Shown here: positions 40,313 through 50,041 of the stretch, piece by piece
Position numbering within the stretch: position 1 is the first letter of the stretch
Layout of the letters: every line of letters starts with the position of its first letter
The notes under the pieces: model-generated
What the model was told of the DNA's origin: nothing
Databases searched by the model: none
Seen by the model: the letters and a program-made list of their open reading frames with translations, nothing else
Made by a program: the position numbers and the translations under genes
Assembly: GCA_963665325.3 (NCBI GenBank)
Contig: OZ224045.1
Span: forward strand, 32,001 to 96,000
Direction of reading: 5' to 3'
Length of the DNA stretch: 64,000 nt
From: Alphaproteobacteria bacterium
GTDB taxonomy: Bacteria; Pseudomonadota; Alphaproteobacteria; Bin95

Positions 40313-41797
40313 TCACGCCGGCGCGAAAGTCCCGTGGAGGCCGAGGGGTAGGGGGTAGGGGAGAATGCCCTCCCAGACCGGCCCGTCGGCGAGGCGCTGC
40401 GCCTCGAAGACGGCAAGGCCGGATACGCGCCGCCTCAGGTCCAGGAACGGGCCGAGCAACCAGCCTTCGCCTTCTCCGTTACCACGGGGCACGAAGACAT
40501 GCTCCTCCGGTATCCGATGCCGGGGCCAACTCCAGCCGTCCGCCTCGCCAGGCGCGAGCCGGACGACACGCCGAAGCGGCCAGCCGATGGGCTCGTCCAC
40601 GCCCGCCAGTGCAAAGACCGTGTCGTGGCGCCGGCCGAGGCGGCGCGGGTCGATGCGCGGGAAGTCGGCGGCGGCCGTCTCGCTGTGCTCGTACTCGGCG
40701 CTTCCGTCCGGACGGAGAACGACCTGCCGATAGACCGGGTGTTGCGAGTGGAATCGGGTCTCGCCCCGCATGACATCGTGGAACTCGCGGGTAACGAAGG
40801 ACGGGTTCGGCGCCTGGCAGAGATCGAGCCGGATCGTGCCGTCCGCCTCCTCCCAGCCGTTGCCGTGATGGAAGTGGAAACCCGGCGGGAGTTCGTGGCG
40901 GCGCTCGACCTCCAGGCTGTCCTTGTTCACGACCAACACGCGCACGCCCAGTTCCGGTCGCCAGGCATGGGCGTCGAGAATGGGCGTGTGGCCGGAGGCG
41001 AACTTCTCCAGGTCCAGCACGAAGGGCGTGAGCAGCACGATCAGCCGCCGTTCCGTCACGACAAAGTCGTGCGTCAGGCCGAGCGGCTCCATCGGCAGGA
41101 CATTCACCTTCGCGAGCCGCCCACCGGGGTTGATACGGTAGAAAATCAGCATCGGGCGCGGCACCGGCAGGTAGCCGATGTTCCACATCGTGCCGTCGGC
41201 CTCGACCTTGGGATGGGCGGAAAACGGCGCGCCGGCGATGTCCTTGCGCCATTCGACGAAGCCGCCCGCATCCAGCGTCTCCGGATCGAACGCCAGCGCC
41301 GACCCTCCTTCCCATAGCGCCATGTGGCGTCCGGCATGGACGACCATGGAGGTGTTCGCGGCATTCATGTCGTCGGGGCGCCGGGTCTCCGCCGGATCGG
41401 GCGGCATCGAGCCGAAGGCCGGCATCATGCGCCGCCCGGCTTGGGTCTCGCGGCGGCGCTTGGGCGTATCCAGGATGCGTGCCCGGTGCGTCACGCCGGC
41501 GCCGTCGAAACGGAACGCCTGCATCATGCCATCGCCGTCGAACCAGTGGCCGTAACGGTGGCCGAAGCGGTCGTGTTCCGCCGGACCGTTACGCCAGAGC
41601 GTGCCTGCAAGTTCGGGAGGGAGCCTGCCACTGAGGGTCTTCAGCGGCGCGGAGAACCGCTCCGCCTGCGCCGTGGCGAAGGCAAGCGCCTCGTCTTCGT
41701 CGGAAGCGCTGGATGCCCCTGCCGCCCTTGCGGCGAGCAGGAGAGACAGGGTCCCGGCGGTGCGCAGGGCATCTCTGCGGGAAAATTGCGGTTTCAT
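40313..41797 (-). CDS. Carotenoid oxygenase/RPE65-family dioxygenase with Tat signal
   Basis: SRRDAL twin-arginine leader; GTLWRNGP and HWFDGDGM; four Fe-ligand His in FSAHPK, THDF, FHFHHGN and LGLHG. Confidence 0.9.
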   Translation of the reverse strand: MKPQFSRRDALRTAGTLSLLLAARAAGASSASDEDEALAFATAQAERFSAPLKTLSGRLPPELAGTLWRNGPAEHDRFGHRYGHWFDGDGMMQAFRFDGAGVTHRARILDTPKRRRETQAGRRMMPAFGSMPPDPAETRRPDDMNAANTSMVVHAGRHMALWEGGSALAFDPETLDAGGFVEWRKDIAGAPFSAHPKVEADGTMWNIGYLPVPRPMLIFYRINPGGRLAKVNVLPMEPLGLTHDFVVTERRLIVLLTPFVLDLEKFASGHTPILDAHAWRPELGVRVLVVNKDSLEVERRHELPPGFHFHHGNGWEEADGTIRLDLCQAPNPSFVTREFHDVMRGETRFHSQHPVYRQVVLRPDGSAEYEHSETAAADFPRIDPRRLGRRHDTVFALAGVDEPIGWPLRRVVRLAPGEADGWSWPRHRIPEEHVFVPRGNGEGEGWLLGPFLDLRRRVSGLAVFEAQRLADGPVWEGILPYPLPLGLHGTFAPA

Positions 41798-41801
41798 GAC
41801 C

Positions 41802-42263
41802 TCAGGACCCCGGATAGCCGAGCTTGACCGTGACGGCAGCGCGATCCTTGCCGGCCGTTATCGTGAAGGCCGCGGCATCGAAGCCGGGGGGGCCGAACAT
41901 GCCGCGCGCATCGTTGGAGAAGCCGTAGCCTTCGGTCGGCATTCCCAGCAGGTTGGTGTTGAGGTCGCCGTCGCGGTCCTCGTCGTGGAAGGCGGCTATC
42001 GCGTAGTCGCCCGGCGGCAGGCCGGCGAACACCAGATCGCCGGTCTCGCCGGCCGGACGCATCGCCGCCTTCACGGCTCCCGCGGAATCGGGGAAGTCCA
42101 CGCCGGCGGCCCGGCGGTGGACGGCGACGCGGATATCGCCGTCCGCCGACCGCAGGCCTTCGATGCGGACCACGAGGTCGGCAGCGGAAGCGAAGGCCGG
42201 GGCAATCAGCGCGGCGGCAGCGAGGCCGAGCGTTGCAAGCCTCTTCGCGGGGGAAGCGTTCAT
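41802..42263 (-). CDS. DUF2141 family exported protein
   Basis: Signal peptide; PPGDYAIAAFHDEDRDGDLNTNLLGMPTEGYGFSNDA..FGPPGF. Confidence 0.88.
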   Translation of the reverse strand: MNASPAKRLATLGLAAAALIAPAFASAADLVVRIEGLRSADGDIRVAVHRRAAGVDFPDSAGAVKAAMRPAGETGDLVFAGLPPGDYAIAAFHDEDRDGDLNTNLLGMPTEGYGFSNDARGMFGPPGFDAAAFTITAGKDRAAVTVKLGYPGS

Positions 42264-42387
42264 CGTTCTGTTCTCCGTCAGCGGTTTGCAGGCGGCGGGT
42301 GCGCCGCGCCGCAGATGTTGACGGCACGGCCACCGGAGTCATGCTTCGATGCGGGAACGGCAACGGATATTTCGCGGTTTGCAGGGA

Positions 42388-43146
42388 ATGCAGTTCACGG
42401 TTCGCGGATTGCGCAGGCAGGTCGCCGGCCATGCGGCAGCGCTTGCAGGCGTCGTCGCGCTGTTTTCCTTCATCGGCCCCTTCGGGACCTACGATTCGAT
42501 GAACCCTTTGGGGCGCGCCGGCTACTGGGTGTTGGCGATGAGCGGCAATTGGAGCATCTGGGCCGGCTCGGTGCTGCTCACGCTGCACCTGACGCACGGC
42601 TGGCCGCACCGCCGCCGGGGCCTTGCGCTGGCGCTGGCGGCGGTATTGGCCGCCGTGCCCGGAACCGCAGTTGTTTTCGCCGCTGAAACGCTTTTCCGGC
42701 CAAGTTATGTCGGCCTGAACCGGCTGCCGGAGGTCTATCTTGGGGTCGCGGTGATAGGGCTGCTCATCAGCGCCGCGGTCCTTGCGGTTCGCAACCGGCC
42801 CGCTTCGCAAACGCAGGAAGCACCCGCTGCTGCACGGCCCCGTTTCCTAGACCGCCTGCCGCACGGGATCGGCCGCGACCTCGTCTATCTCAGGATGGCC
42901 GACCACTATGTCGAGGCCTTCACCACGGCGGGTTCCGACCTCGTGCCGATGCGCTTTGCGGACGCTGTCGCTGAACTGGAAGGCGCGGACGGGATGCGCG
43001 TCCACCGCTCCTACTGGGTGGCGCGCGCGCATGTGACAGGCTCGGTGCGCGAAAAGGGCCGCCCGACACTCTGCCTCACCGGCGGCCACAAGATTCCCGT
43101 CAGCCGCACCTACCTTCCGCAGGTGCGTGCGGCCGGGTTAATCTGA
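42388..43146 (+). CDS. Membrane-anchored LytTR-family transcriptional regulator
   Basis: About four hydrophobic segments (with GPFGT), then LytTR domain DHYVE..MRFADAV..GMRVHRSYWVA..IPVSRTY. Start is 42388 or 42349. Confidence 0.88.
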   Translation: MQFTVRGLRRQVAGHAAALAGVVALFSFIGPFGTYDSMNPLGRAGYWVLAMSGNWSIWAGSVLLTLHLTHGWPHRRRGLALALAAVLAAVPGTAVVFAAETLFRPSYVGLNRLPEVYLGVAVIGLLISAAVLAVRNRPASQTQEAPAAARPRFLDRLPHGIGRDLVYLRMADHYVEAFTTAGSDLVPMRFADAVAELEGADGMRVHRSYWVARAHVTGSVREKGRPTLCLTGGHKIPVSRTYLPQVRAAGLI

Positions 43147-43173
43147 TCCGCAGAAGAATACGGGCATTCCAAA

Positions 43174-44304
43174 ATGGTCTTCCGGTTCGTGCACACAGCC
43201 GACTGGCAACTCGGCAAGCAGTTCGCCAACATTCCGGGCGACGCGGGCGCTGCGCTGCGCGACCGCCGCATTGAGACGGTCAAGGCGGTCGGTAGGCTGG
43301 CGGCGGAGCGGGGCGTGGATGCCGTGCTGGTGGCCGGCGACGCCTTCGAAGACAACGCCGTGGCCGACCGCACGCTGATCCGCATGATGGAGGCGTTGAA
43401 GGCGTTTCCCGGCGAGTGGGTGTTCATTCCGGGCAATCACGACTCCGCACTTGCCGATTCGGCATGGACCCGCCTGTTGCACCGGAACCCGCCCGCCAAT
43501 GTGCATCTGGCCCTCGAACCGGAGACGCCGCTGTCGCTCGCCGGCGGGCGGGCCGTCGTGCTGCCGGCGGTGCTGCAGCGCCGGCACGAGATTGACGACC
43601 TCACGGCATGGTTCGACCGTGCGGAGACGCCGGGCGGCGCCATCCGAATCGGGCTTGCGCACGGATCGGTTCCCGAATTTTTGCCCGATTCCTCCGGCAC
43701 GCCGAATCCCATTGCCGCTGGCCGCGCCGATGCCGCGCGGCTCGACTATCTCGCGCTGGGGGACTGGCACGGGACGCTCGGAATAAACGACCGGACTCTG
43801 TATGCCGGCACGCCGGAAACCGACAGCTTCGCATCCAGCGATCCCGGCAATGTGCTGGTGGTGACGATTCCCGAGCCGGGGGCGCCGCCCGAAGTGGAAA
43901 AGGTCGCGACCGGTCATTTCGCCTGGCGGTCCGAGGCGGCGGAGGTCCGCGGCGCCGACGATATAGAGGCGCTCGACCGGAAGATCGCTGAGCTGGCGCC
44001 GGAGCCGGGGCGATGCCTCCTCCGGCTGACGCTCTCCGGCGCTGTCGATCTGGCCGCCGGCGCAAGGCTGCGGGAGCGCCTGGAATACTGGGGCGCGTTG
44101 CTCCACCACCTGGATGTCCGCGAAGACGGCCTGCTGGACGAGCCGAGCGACGACGACCTGGACCGCATCGACCGCGGCGGCTTCGTACGTACGGCCGTGG
44201 AACGCCTGCGGAGCCGTGCGCAGGACGAGGCCGACCCCGACCGAGCCGCCGCCGCGATGGCGCTGGTCCGGCTCTACGAAACCCATGTCGGCACGGGGGA
44301 ATAG
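43174..44304 (+). CDS. Mre11/SbcD-like metallophosphoesterase nuclease
   Basis: HTADWQLG, VAGDAFE, PGNHD, AHGS, YLALGDWH, YAGTPE. Confidence 0.9.
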   Translation: MVFRFVHTADWQLGKQFANIPGDAGAALRDRRIETVKAVGRLAAERGVDAVLVAGDAFEDNAVADRTLIRMMEALKAFPGEWVFIPGNHDSALADSAWTRLLHRNPPANVHLALEPETPLSLAGGRAVVLPAVLQRRHEIDDLTAWFDRAETPGGAIRIGLAHGSVPEFLPDSSGTPNPIAAGRADAARLDYLALGDWHGTLGINDRTLYAGTPETDSFASSDPGNVLVVTIPEPGAPPEVEKVATGHFAWRSEAAEVRGADDIEALDRKIAELAPEPGRCLLRLTLSGAVDLAAGARLRERLEYWGALLHHLDVREDGLLDEPSDDDLDRIDRGGFVRTAVERLRSRAQDEADPDRAAAAMALVRLYETHVGTGE

Positions 44305-44307
44305 GCG

Positions 44308-46989
44308 GTGCGGATAGACCGGTTCGCTGTCCGCGACTTCCGCAAGCTCGCCGGGGGCGTGGCGGTGGAGGGCCTGGAGCCCGGCATCACCGTCATCGTC
44401 GGCGACAATGAGGAAGGCAAGTCCACGCTGCTGAAGGCGCTCCAGAGCGCCTTCTTCGACCGGCACAACCTGACAGGCAAGGCCGTCGATCAGATGAGGC
44501 CGTTCGGGGTGCATGGCGCGCAACCGGGAATCGAGGTCGATTTTGAACTCGCAGGCACCGGTTACCGTCTGGAAAAGACGTTCCGGCCGAGTCCGACGGC
44601 GTTGCTCGAAGGTGGCGGCGAACGGTGGCAAGGAGATGCAGCGGAAGAAGAACTGCGTAACCTGCTGGGCTTTTCGCCTCCCGGAAAGGGTGCGGCAAAG
44701 GACGAACACAGGGGCCTCGCCGGTCTGCTCTGGGTCGAGCAGGGCCGCGCCTTCGAGCCACTCGGCATGAACCGCGACACCCAGGCGGTGCTGAGGGAGG
44801 CGATAGAAGGCGAGGTCGGGCAAGTCCTCGGCGGGGAGCGCGGCCGCCGGCTGCTGGACCTCGTGGAGAAGCGCGCCGGCGGCTATTTCACCCGGACGGG
44901 CCGCGAGCGTGATGCGTTAGCCGGTCCCCGCAAGCGTGTCGAGGCGCTTGAGGAGGAATGCAAGGCAGCGGAAACCGAAATCCACGCCTATGACGACAAG
45001 GTGAGGCGGCTCGGGCAGTTGCAGGAAAGCCTCGCCCGCCACAGTCGCGACGGTTCGCTCGCCAGGGCGGAGGAGGAAGCCGGGAAGGCCGGCGCCGCGC
45101 TTCGCCGGCTCGCAGAGGTCGAGGGCCGGCTCGAAACCGCCAAAGTGCGAATGGAACAGGCGCAAAGCGCCGGCGAGGCGGCCGAGGCCGCGCGAGAACG
45201 CCGCGCGGCGCTGATCGAAGAGACCGAAGCTGCCGGCCGGCAGACCGGGGCGGCAGAGGCGGTGCTCAAGGAATTGGAGCCCGACTATCTCAATGCCGAG
45301 CGAAGGCTGGCGGAGGCGGACGAGCGGCTTGCCACCTGCAACAGGCGGCGGGAGGAGGCGAATGCAGGCTGGGAGGCGGCGCGCCGGGCACTTGAGCGAG
45401 CAGAACTCGCGGCCGGACTGGAGACGCTCGACGAGCGGCTGAAGCAAGCCGAATCGCTGGAGGAACGGATCGAGCAGGACCGGCAGGCGCTCGCCGCCGA
45501 TCCGGTGGATGAGGATGTCGTCGCCAGGCTGCGGGAAATGCGCGCGAAGCAGATCGCGTTGGACGCCGCGCTCGATGCTGCTGCCGCCACGCTCGCATTT
45601 GCGCCGGAGGGCGGCCGGAGCGTGTCGCTGGACGGGCGGCCGATCGATACCGGCCGCCCGGTCCGCGTTACCGAGAGCAGCGCCTTCGAACTCCAGGATT
45701 TCGGCAAGCTGGAGGTCGTCCCCGGCGGCCGAGACCTTGCGCGGTTGCGCGCCGACCTATCCGAACTGGAAAGCCGGATGCGGGAACAGCTTCGCCGTCT
45801 GGACCGGGCGGATCTGGCCGGTGCGGAAGCCGCCTTGCGCGCCAGACAAGCCCTGGAGGCAGAGGTGGAAAACCGGCGTGGCGAACTCAGGGGCGTTGCG
45901 CCGGACGGGATTGAAACTCTTCGGGAGACCGTTCGGAAGGGACGGGCGCGCCTGTCGGCGCTTGCGGGGCCGGATGCGGGCGACGCGCCCGATGCCGAAA
46001 CGGCGCGGGACGCCGAGCGGGAGGCGCACCGGGACCGGGAAGATGCGGAACGCGCTGCGGAGCAGGCAATGCGGGAACGGGACGAGGTCCGCAAGCTCCA
46101 CGACCGGCTGCGCGAAGGCCGCATAAAGGCGGACGCCGAGCACAGGCAGAAAGCGGAAGCGGCGACAGGGCGCCGGGCCGCGCTGGAAGAGGAGCGCCGC
46201 AAAGCGGCGGACGACGAGTTGGCGGCTCGTGCCGCAGCGGCGGCGCAAGGGCTGGCGGACCGCATTTCGGAGCACGATACGGTGCTGGCGGAGCGGGACT
46301 CCATGAATCCGGAGGCGCTGCGTATTGAGCGGCAACGCGCGGAGGAGGCCCACGACCGGCTGCGGGTGAGAATCGGGGACAGTGAGCGCGCCGAACGCGA
46401 CCTTGCCATCGAGCTGCGCACGCAGGGCGAAAGGGGGCTGGCGGAGGAACTGGAGCGCAAGCGGGGCGAGCGCGACATCGCCCGCAGCGACCTGGCGCGG
46501 ATCGAGGCCGATGCGAAGGCGTGGAAACTGTTGCTGGATACGCTCCGCGCAGCGGAACGGGAAGCGAAGGAAACCTTCCTCGGGCCGGTGCGCGACCGCC
46601 TGCAGCCCTATCTGCGCATGCTCTTCCCGGAAACCGAGTTGCACCTGAACGAGGACGACCTGGAGATCGTATCGCTCCGGCGGGACGGTGTGGACGAGCC
46701 GTTCGGAAGCCTCAGCATCGGCGCGCGCGAGCAGGTGGCGGTGCTGACCCGCCTGGCGTTGGCGGACCTGTTGCGCGAAAAGGGCCGGCCGGTCGCGCTG
46801 ATCCTCGATGACCCGCTGGTCAACAGCGACAACGAGCGCTTCCGGCGCATGGAGCTGGCCCTCAGGAAAGCGGCGGCGTCCCTCCAGATCGTCGTCCTGA
46901 CTTGCCATGAAGCCCGCTACGAGTCGCTGGGCGCGAAAGTCGTCCGGCTGGCGGACTGCCACCGGAGGATAGCGGCCCCCGTTATCTGA
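44308..46989 (+). CDS. Rad50/SbcC-like (YhaN-type) coiled-coil ABC ATPase
   Basis: Walker A GDNEEGKST, Q-loop WVEQG, long coiled coil, signature LSIGAREQ, Walker B ILDD, LTCH. Confidence 0.88.
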   Translation: MRIDRFAVRDFRKLAGGVAVEGLEPGITVIVGDNEEGKSTLLKALQSAFFDRHNLTGKAVDQMRPFGVHGAQPGIEVDFELAGTGYRLEKTFRPSPTALLEGGGERWQGDAAEEELRNLLGFSPPGKGAAKDEHRGLAGLLWVEQGRAFEPLGMNRDTQAVLREAIEGEVGQVLGGERGRRLLDLVEKRAGGYFTRTGRERDALAGPRKRVEALEEECKAAETEIHAYDDKVRRLGQLQESLARHSRDGSLARAEEEAGKAGAALRRLAEVEGRLETAKVRMEQAQSAGEAAEAARERRAALIEETEAAGRQTGAAEAVLKELEPDYLNAERRLAEADERLATCNRRREEANAGWEAARRALERAELAAGLETLDERLKQAESLEERIEQDRQALAADPVDEDVVARLREMRAKQIALDAALDAAAATLAFAPEGGRSVSLDGRPIDTGRPVRVTESSAFELQDFGKLEVVPGGRDLARLRADLSELESRMREQLRRLDRADLAGAEAALRARQALEAEVENRRGELRGVAPDGIETLRETVRKGRARLSALAGPDAGDAPDAETARDAEREAHRDREDAERAAEQAMRERDEVRKLHDRLREGRIKADAEHRQKAEAATGRRAALEEERRKAADDELAARAAAAAQGLADRISEHDTVLAERDSMNPEALRIERQRAEEAHDRLRVRIGDSERAERDLAIELRTQGERGLAEELERKRGERDIARSDLARIEADAKAWKLLLDTLRAAEREAKETFLGPVRDRLQPYLRMLFPETELHLNEDDLEIVSLRRDGVDEPFGSLSIGAREQVAVLTRLALADLLREKGRPVALILDDPLVNSDNERFRRMELALRKAAASLQIVVLTCHEARYESLGAKVVRLADCHRRIAAPVI

Positions 46990-47842
46990 CGGTCGTGCGC
47001 CACATGGCGCGGCGCTGGGGCCATTCGTAGTCGCGGATCGCGACATGCTGGACGGCGGGGTTGTCCCACATCAGCAGGTCGCCGACGGCCCAGCGGTGCC
47101 GGTAGATGAAGCGGTCCTCGACGATGAGGTCGGAGAGCCGCTCGATCAGCGGGAGCGCATCGGCCTCGTCCATGCCGTCTATGCCGATGCACTCGCCCTT
47201 GCGGACATAGAGCGCCTTGCGGCCGGTCTTCGGATGGGGCCGGGCGACCGGATGGCGCGCATCCGGATTCCTGTCGATCTGCGCCTGGGTCACGGCGACC
47301 GGCTTCTTCACGCCGCGTTCCTTGGCGGCGAAGCGGTGGATAGCCCGCAGGCCCTCGATGCGGTCACGGGTATCCCCGTCGAGCGCGTCATAGGCCGCCG
47401 CGGCGCTTGCGAACAGGGTGGGCCCCAGCGGCTCGCCGGCATCGTCATGCGGCACCTCCAGGGCGTAGAGCAGGGTCCGGCGCGGCGGTTCCGCGGTGTA
47501 GGACATATCCGTGTGCCAGTGGCTGCCGGCATCGGCATAGCCCAGTGCGCGTCCGCTCGCGTCCTGGAGGTTCGAGACCTTGAGTACTTCGGGAATACCT
47601 TCGAGCGCGTGCTGGTCGAAGGCATTGACCTTGATCTCGCCCAGGCGGCGGGAGAAGGCCAGCAGCTCATGCGGCGCCAGCGACTGGTTGCGGAAGCACA
47701 GAACGCTATAGCGGTCGAACGCCGCCTCGCATGCCTCGAATACCGGGTCCGGAAGCGGCGCCGACAGGTCCACGCCGAACACTTCCGCCCCCACCGGCGC
47801 ATCGCTCGGACGGATTTCGAAACCGGGGCTGTTTTCGCTCAT
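46982..47842 (-). CDS. TauD/TfdA family 2-oxoglutarate dioxygenase
   Basis: GAEVFGVDL, WHTD (HxD), HPVARPHPKTGRKALY, WDNPAVQH. Confidence 0.92.
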   Translation of the reverse strand: MSENSPGFEIRPSDAPVGAEVFGVDLSAPLPDPVFEACEAAFDRYSVLCFRNQSLAPHELLAFSRRLGEIKVNAFDQHALEGIPEVLKVSNLQDASGRALGYADAGSHWHTDMSYTAEPPRRTLLYALEVPHDDAGEPLGPTLFASAAAAYDALDGDTRDRIEGLRAIHRFAAKERGVKKPVAVTQAQIDRNPDARHPVARPHPKTGRKALYVRKGECIGIDGMDEADALPLIERLSDLIVEDRFIYRHRWAVGDLLMWDNPAVQHVAIRDYEWPQRRAMWRTTVR

Positions 47843-47868
47843 CTGGGGCCTCCCGAACCGTTCCGCCT

Positions 47869-48837
47869 CTATTCTCCCTGCAATTGCCCAGCCTGCAAAT
47901 TGCGCGCTTCCATGCGGCGGAGCAATTCGGCGGCTACCCGGGGCGTTTCATCGACGGGTTCGTAGCGCCATTCGGCCAGTCTTCCGTCGAAGGGGCGGAG
48001 CACGCCTTCCTCTCGCAGCGCCGCCTGGAAGCGCGCCAGCCGACGGCTACCGCCTGCCATGCGCGCCGCGTAAACAGGCTTTCCCGTCGATACCGCTTCG
48101 CTGGTCATGGACACCGAGTCTTCCGTGACCACGATATGCCGGGCGAGGGCCAACATTGCGAGATATGGGTTGCAGCCGGTTCCGTCCCAGAACCAGGCCT
48201 CCGGCAGGCGCGCTCTGAGCGCGTCGAGTACAGCGGGCTCCGTGCGCCGGGATGCGGTGACGGCTATCGGGCCCTCCAGCCCGGCAAGGCCCTCGACCAG
48301 CGCCTCTACGGTATCGGGCGTGAAGCGGTGGGACCGGCTGCGGCCGCCAAGCAGCACGGCGATGTTCAAATCCCCGAGCCGGCTTCTCCACGCTTCACCG
48401 GCGGCGGCGAGCGCCTCCGGCGTCAGGCGGTGCAGCGCAACCCGCGTCGCCAGCACATTGGGGCCGGTAACGCCGTCATGGCGCGGCGGAACCACCAGGT
48501 CGAAATGGCGCAGAGGGATGCGCGGATTCTGGATATGGGCGGTAAAGCACCGCCCTCCGGAGGCGTAGCGGACGGCGACTGAGACCGAGGCGCTGCGCCG
48601 GCCGCAGGTGATCAGCAGTTCCGGCCAGGGCGGGCCCAGGCGCTCCGCCAGCCCGTATTGCAGGAGCCCCGGAACCTGCCGGTGCGCCGGCAGCCAGCAC
48701 CAGGGGCGGCGCAGGCGGACGGTCCTTACCTCAAACCGTTTGCCGACTGCGGCCGCCAGCCCCTCGGCCTGGCCGGCTGCTCCGGCCTCGCCGGTCGTCA
48801 ATGCCCAAACAGGGGCGGGCGACCCGGCTTCCTTCAC
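47869..48837 (-). CDS. ELM1/GtrOC1-like family protein
   Basis: PWPELLITCGRRS, HIQNPR, FDLVVPPRHD, TASRRT, NPYLAML, VTEDSVSMTSEA. Confidence 0.82.
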   Translation of the reverse strand: MKEAGSPAPVWALTTGEAGAAGQAEGLAAAVGKRFEVRTVRLRRPWCWLPAHRQVPGLLQYGLAERLGPPWPELLITCGRRSASVSVAVRYASGGRCFTAHIQNPRIPLRHFDLVVPPRHDGVTGPNVLATRVALHRLTPEALAAAGEAWRSRLGDLNIAVLLGGRSRSHRFTPDTVEALVEGLAGLEGPIAVTASRRTEPAVLDALRARLPEAWFWDGTGCNPYLAMLALARHIVVTEDSVSMTSEAVSTGKPVYAARMAGGSRRLARFQAALREEGVLRPFDGRLAEWRYEPVDETPRVAAELLRRMEARNLQAGQLQGE

Positions 48838-48864
48838 CGGGCGCCTCCCGCTTCGCCGGCGGCG

Positions 48865-49224
48865 TCAGCGCGCTGCCGTCACCATGATCTCGACCAGGAT
48901 CTCGGGGCGTGCCAGGTCCGCCTTCACGCAGGCGCGCGCCGGGGGATTCTCGGGATCGACCCAGCTGTTCCAGACCTTGTTCATGGCCGCGAAATTGGCC
49001 ATGTCGGTGATCCATAGATTGGCCGTCAGCAGGTTGGATTTCGAGGTGCCGGCGCGCTCCAGATAGCCGTCGATCTGCTCGATAATGTCCGCGGTCTGGG
49101 CCTCCACGCCGCCGGACGTATCGCGCGCCACCAGGCCGGCCAGATATACCGTGTCGCCCCGGACCACGGCGCGGCTCATCATGGGGCCCGGCGGGCTGGT
49201 GCGGTCGAATCGTTCGATGCTCAT
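48865..49224 (-). CDS. RidA/YjgF family protein
   Basis: MSRAV, VYLAG, FAAMNKVWNSW, PPARACV, VEIMVTA. Confidence 0.92.
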   Translation of the reverse strand: MSIERFDRTSPPGPMMSRAVVRGDTVYLAGLVARDTSGGVEAQTADIIEQIDGYLERAGTSKSNLLTANLWITDMANFAAMNKVWNSWVDPENPPARACVKADLARPEILVEIMVTAAR

Positions 49225-49279
49225 GGGGTCTCTCTCCAGGTTCGCGGTGTGTGTTGTGTGTGGATGGCGAAGCTTTCGG

Positions 49280-50041
49280 CTATCGGCGCCGCCATGTAAA
49301 GTCCAGCGCCGCGCCGTGCCTCAATATGCGTTCAATTTCAGGTGAATAGCTGCCGTTGCTACCATGCAGGACAAACCCGGGAAGCAGGGAAACCGGCGCC
49401 CGGATGTCCTTGCGTCCGCGCAGGATGACCCGGTGGGCCGGGCAGCCGTCATCCTTCGACCAGAGGGGGACGACAGCCGTCTCGCCGATTCCGGCGGCGG
49501 TATAGGCGGCGAGGTGCTCGTCCAGGCGCTCGGCCATCAGGATCGTCGTCAGCGTCCCGCCGCGCCGCACCATGGTGGCGGCGAACCGGACCCAGTGCAT
49601 GAGATCGACACCCTGCTCGACATGCGCTCTCGCCCTTTGCCGGTTCCGGGGCGGGGGACCGGCCTCGTCCGGCTGCCAGGGCGGATTCGCCATCGCATGG
49701 TCGAAGCTCGCGGGCCCGAGACGGGCAGGCGGCGCCCGCAGGTCGCCGACAATGACATCGACGGTGCGGTCGAGGCCGTTTGCCTCGATATTCTGCCTGC
49801 ACAATGCGGCGAGGGCCGGATCGAGTTCGAGGCCGGTGACGATGCAGCCCTCGATGCGGCTGGCGAGACATAGAGCCGCAGCGCCGGTTCCGGCGCCGAT
49901 ATCGAGCACACGGTCGCCGGGCGCAGCCGGCACGGCGGCGGCCAGCAGCACGGGGTCTGTCGCGACGCGGTAGCCCTCCGCTGGCTGGTGCAGGCGAACC
50001 CTGCCGCCCAGGAGAGCGTCTTCGCTGACAGCCTCGTTCAC
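49280..50041 (-). CDS. SAM-dependent methyltransferase (tRNA adenine-N6/TrmN6-like)
   Basis: LLGGRVRLHQPAEGYR..DPVLLAA, LDIGAGTG, ANPPW. Confidence 0.85.
   Translation of the reverse strand: MNEAVSEDALLGGRVRLHQPAEGYRVATDPVLLAAAVPAAPGDRVLDIGAGTGAAALCLASRIEGCIVTGLELDPALAALCRQNIEANGLDRTVDVIVGDLRAPPARLGPASFDHAMANPPWQPDEAGPPPRNRQRARAHVEQGVDLMHWVRFAATMVRRGGTLTTILMAERLDEHLAAYTAAGIGETAVVPLWSKDDGCPAHRVILRGRKDIRAPVSLLPGFVLHGSNGSYSPEIERILRHGAALDFTWRRR

Noticed and set aside
42258-42273. GTTC repeats as a LexA box near the Mre11/Rad50-like genes
   Set aside because: Spacing is 8 rather than 7 nt, it overlaps the DUF2141 start, and it is far from the nuclease gene.
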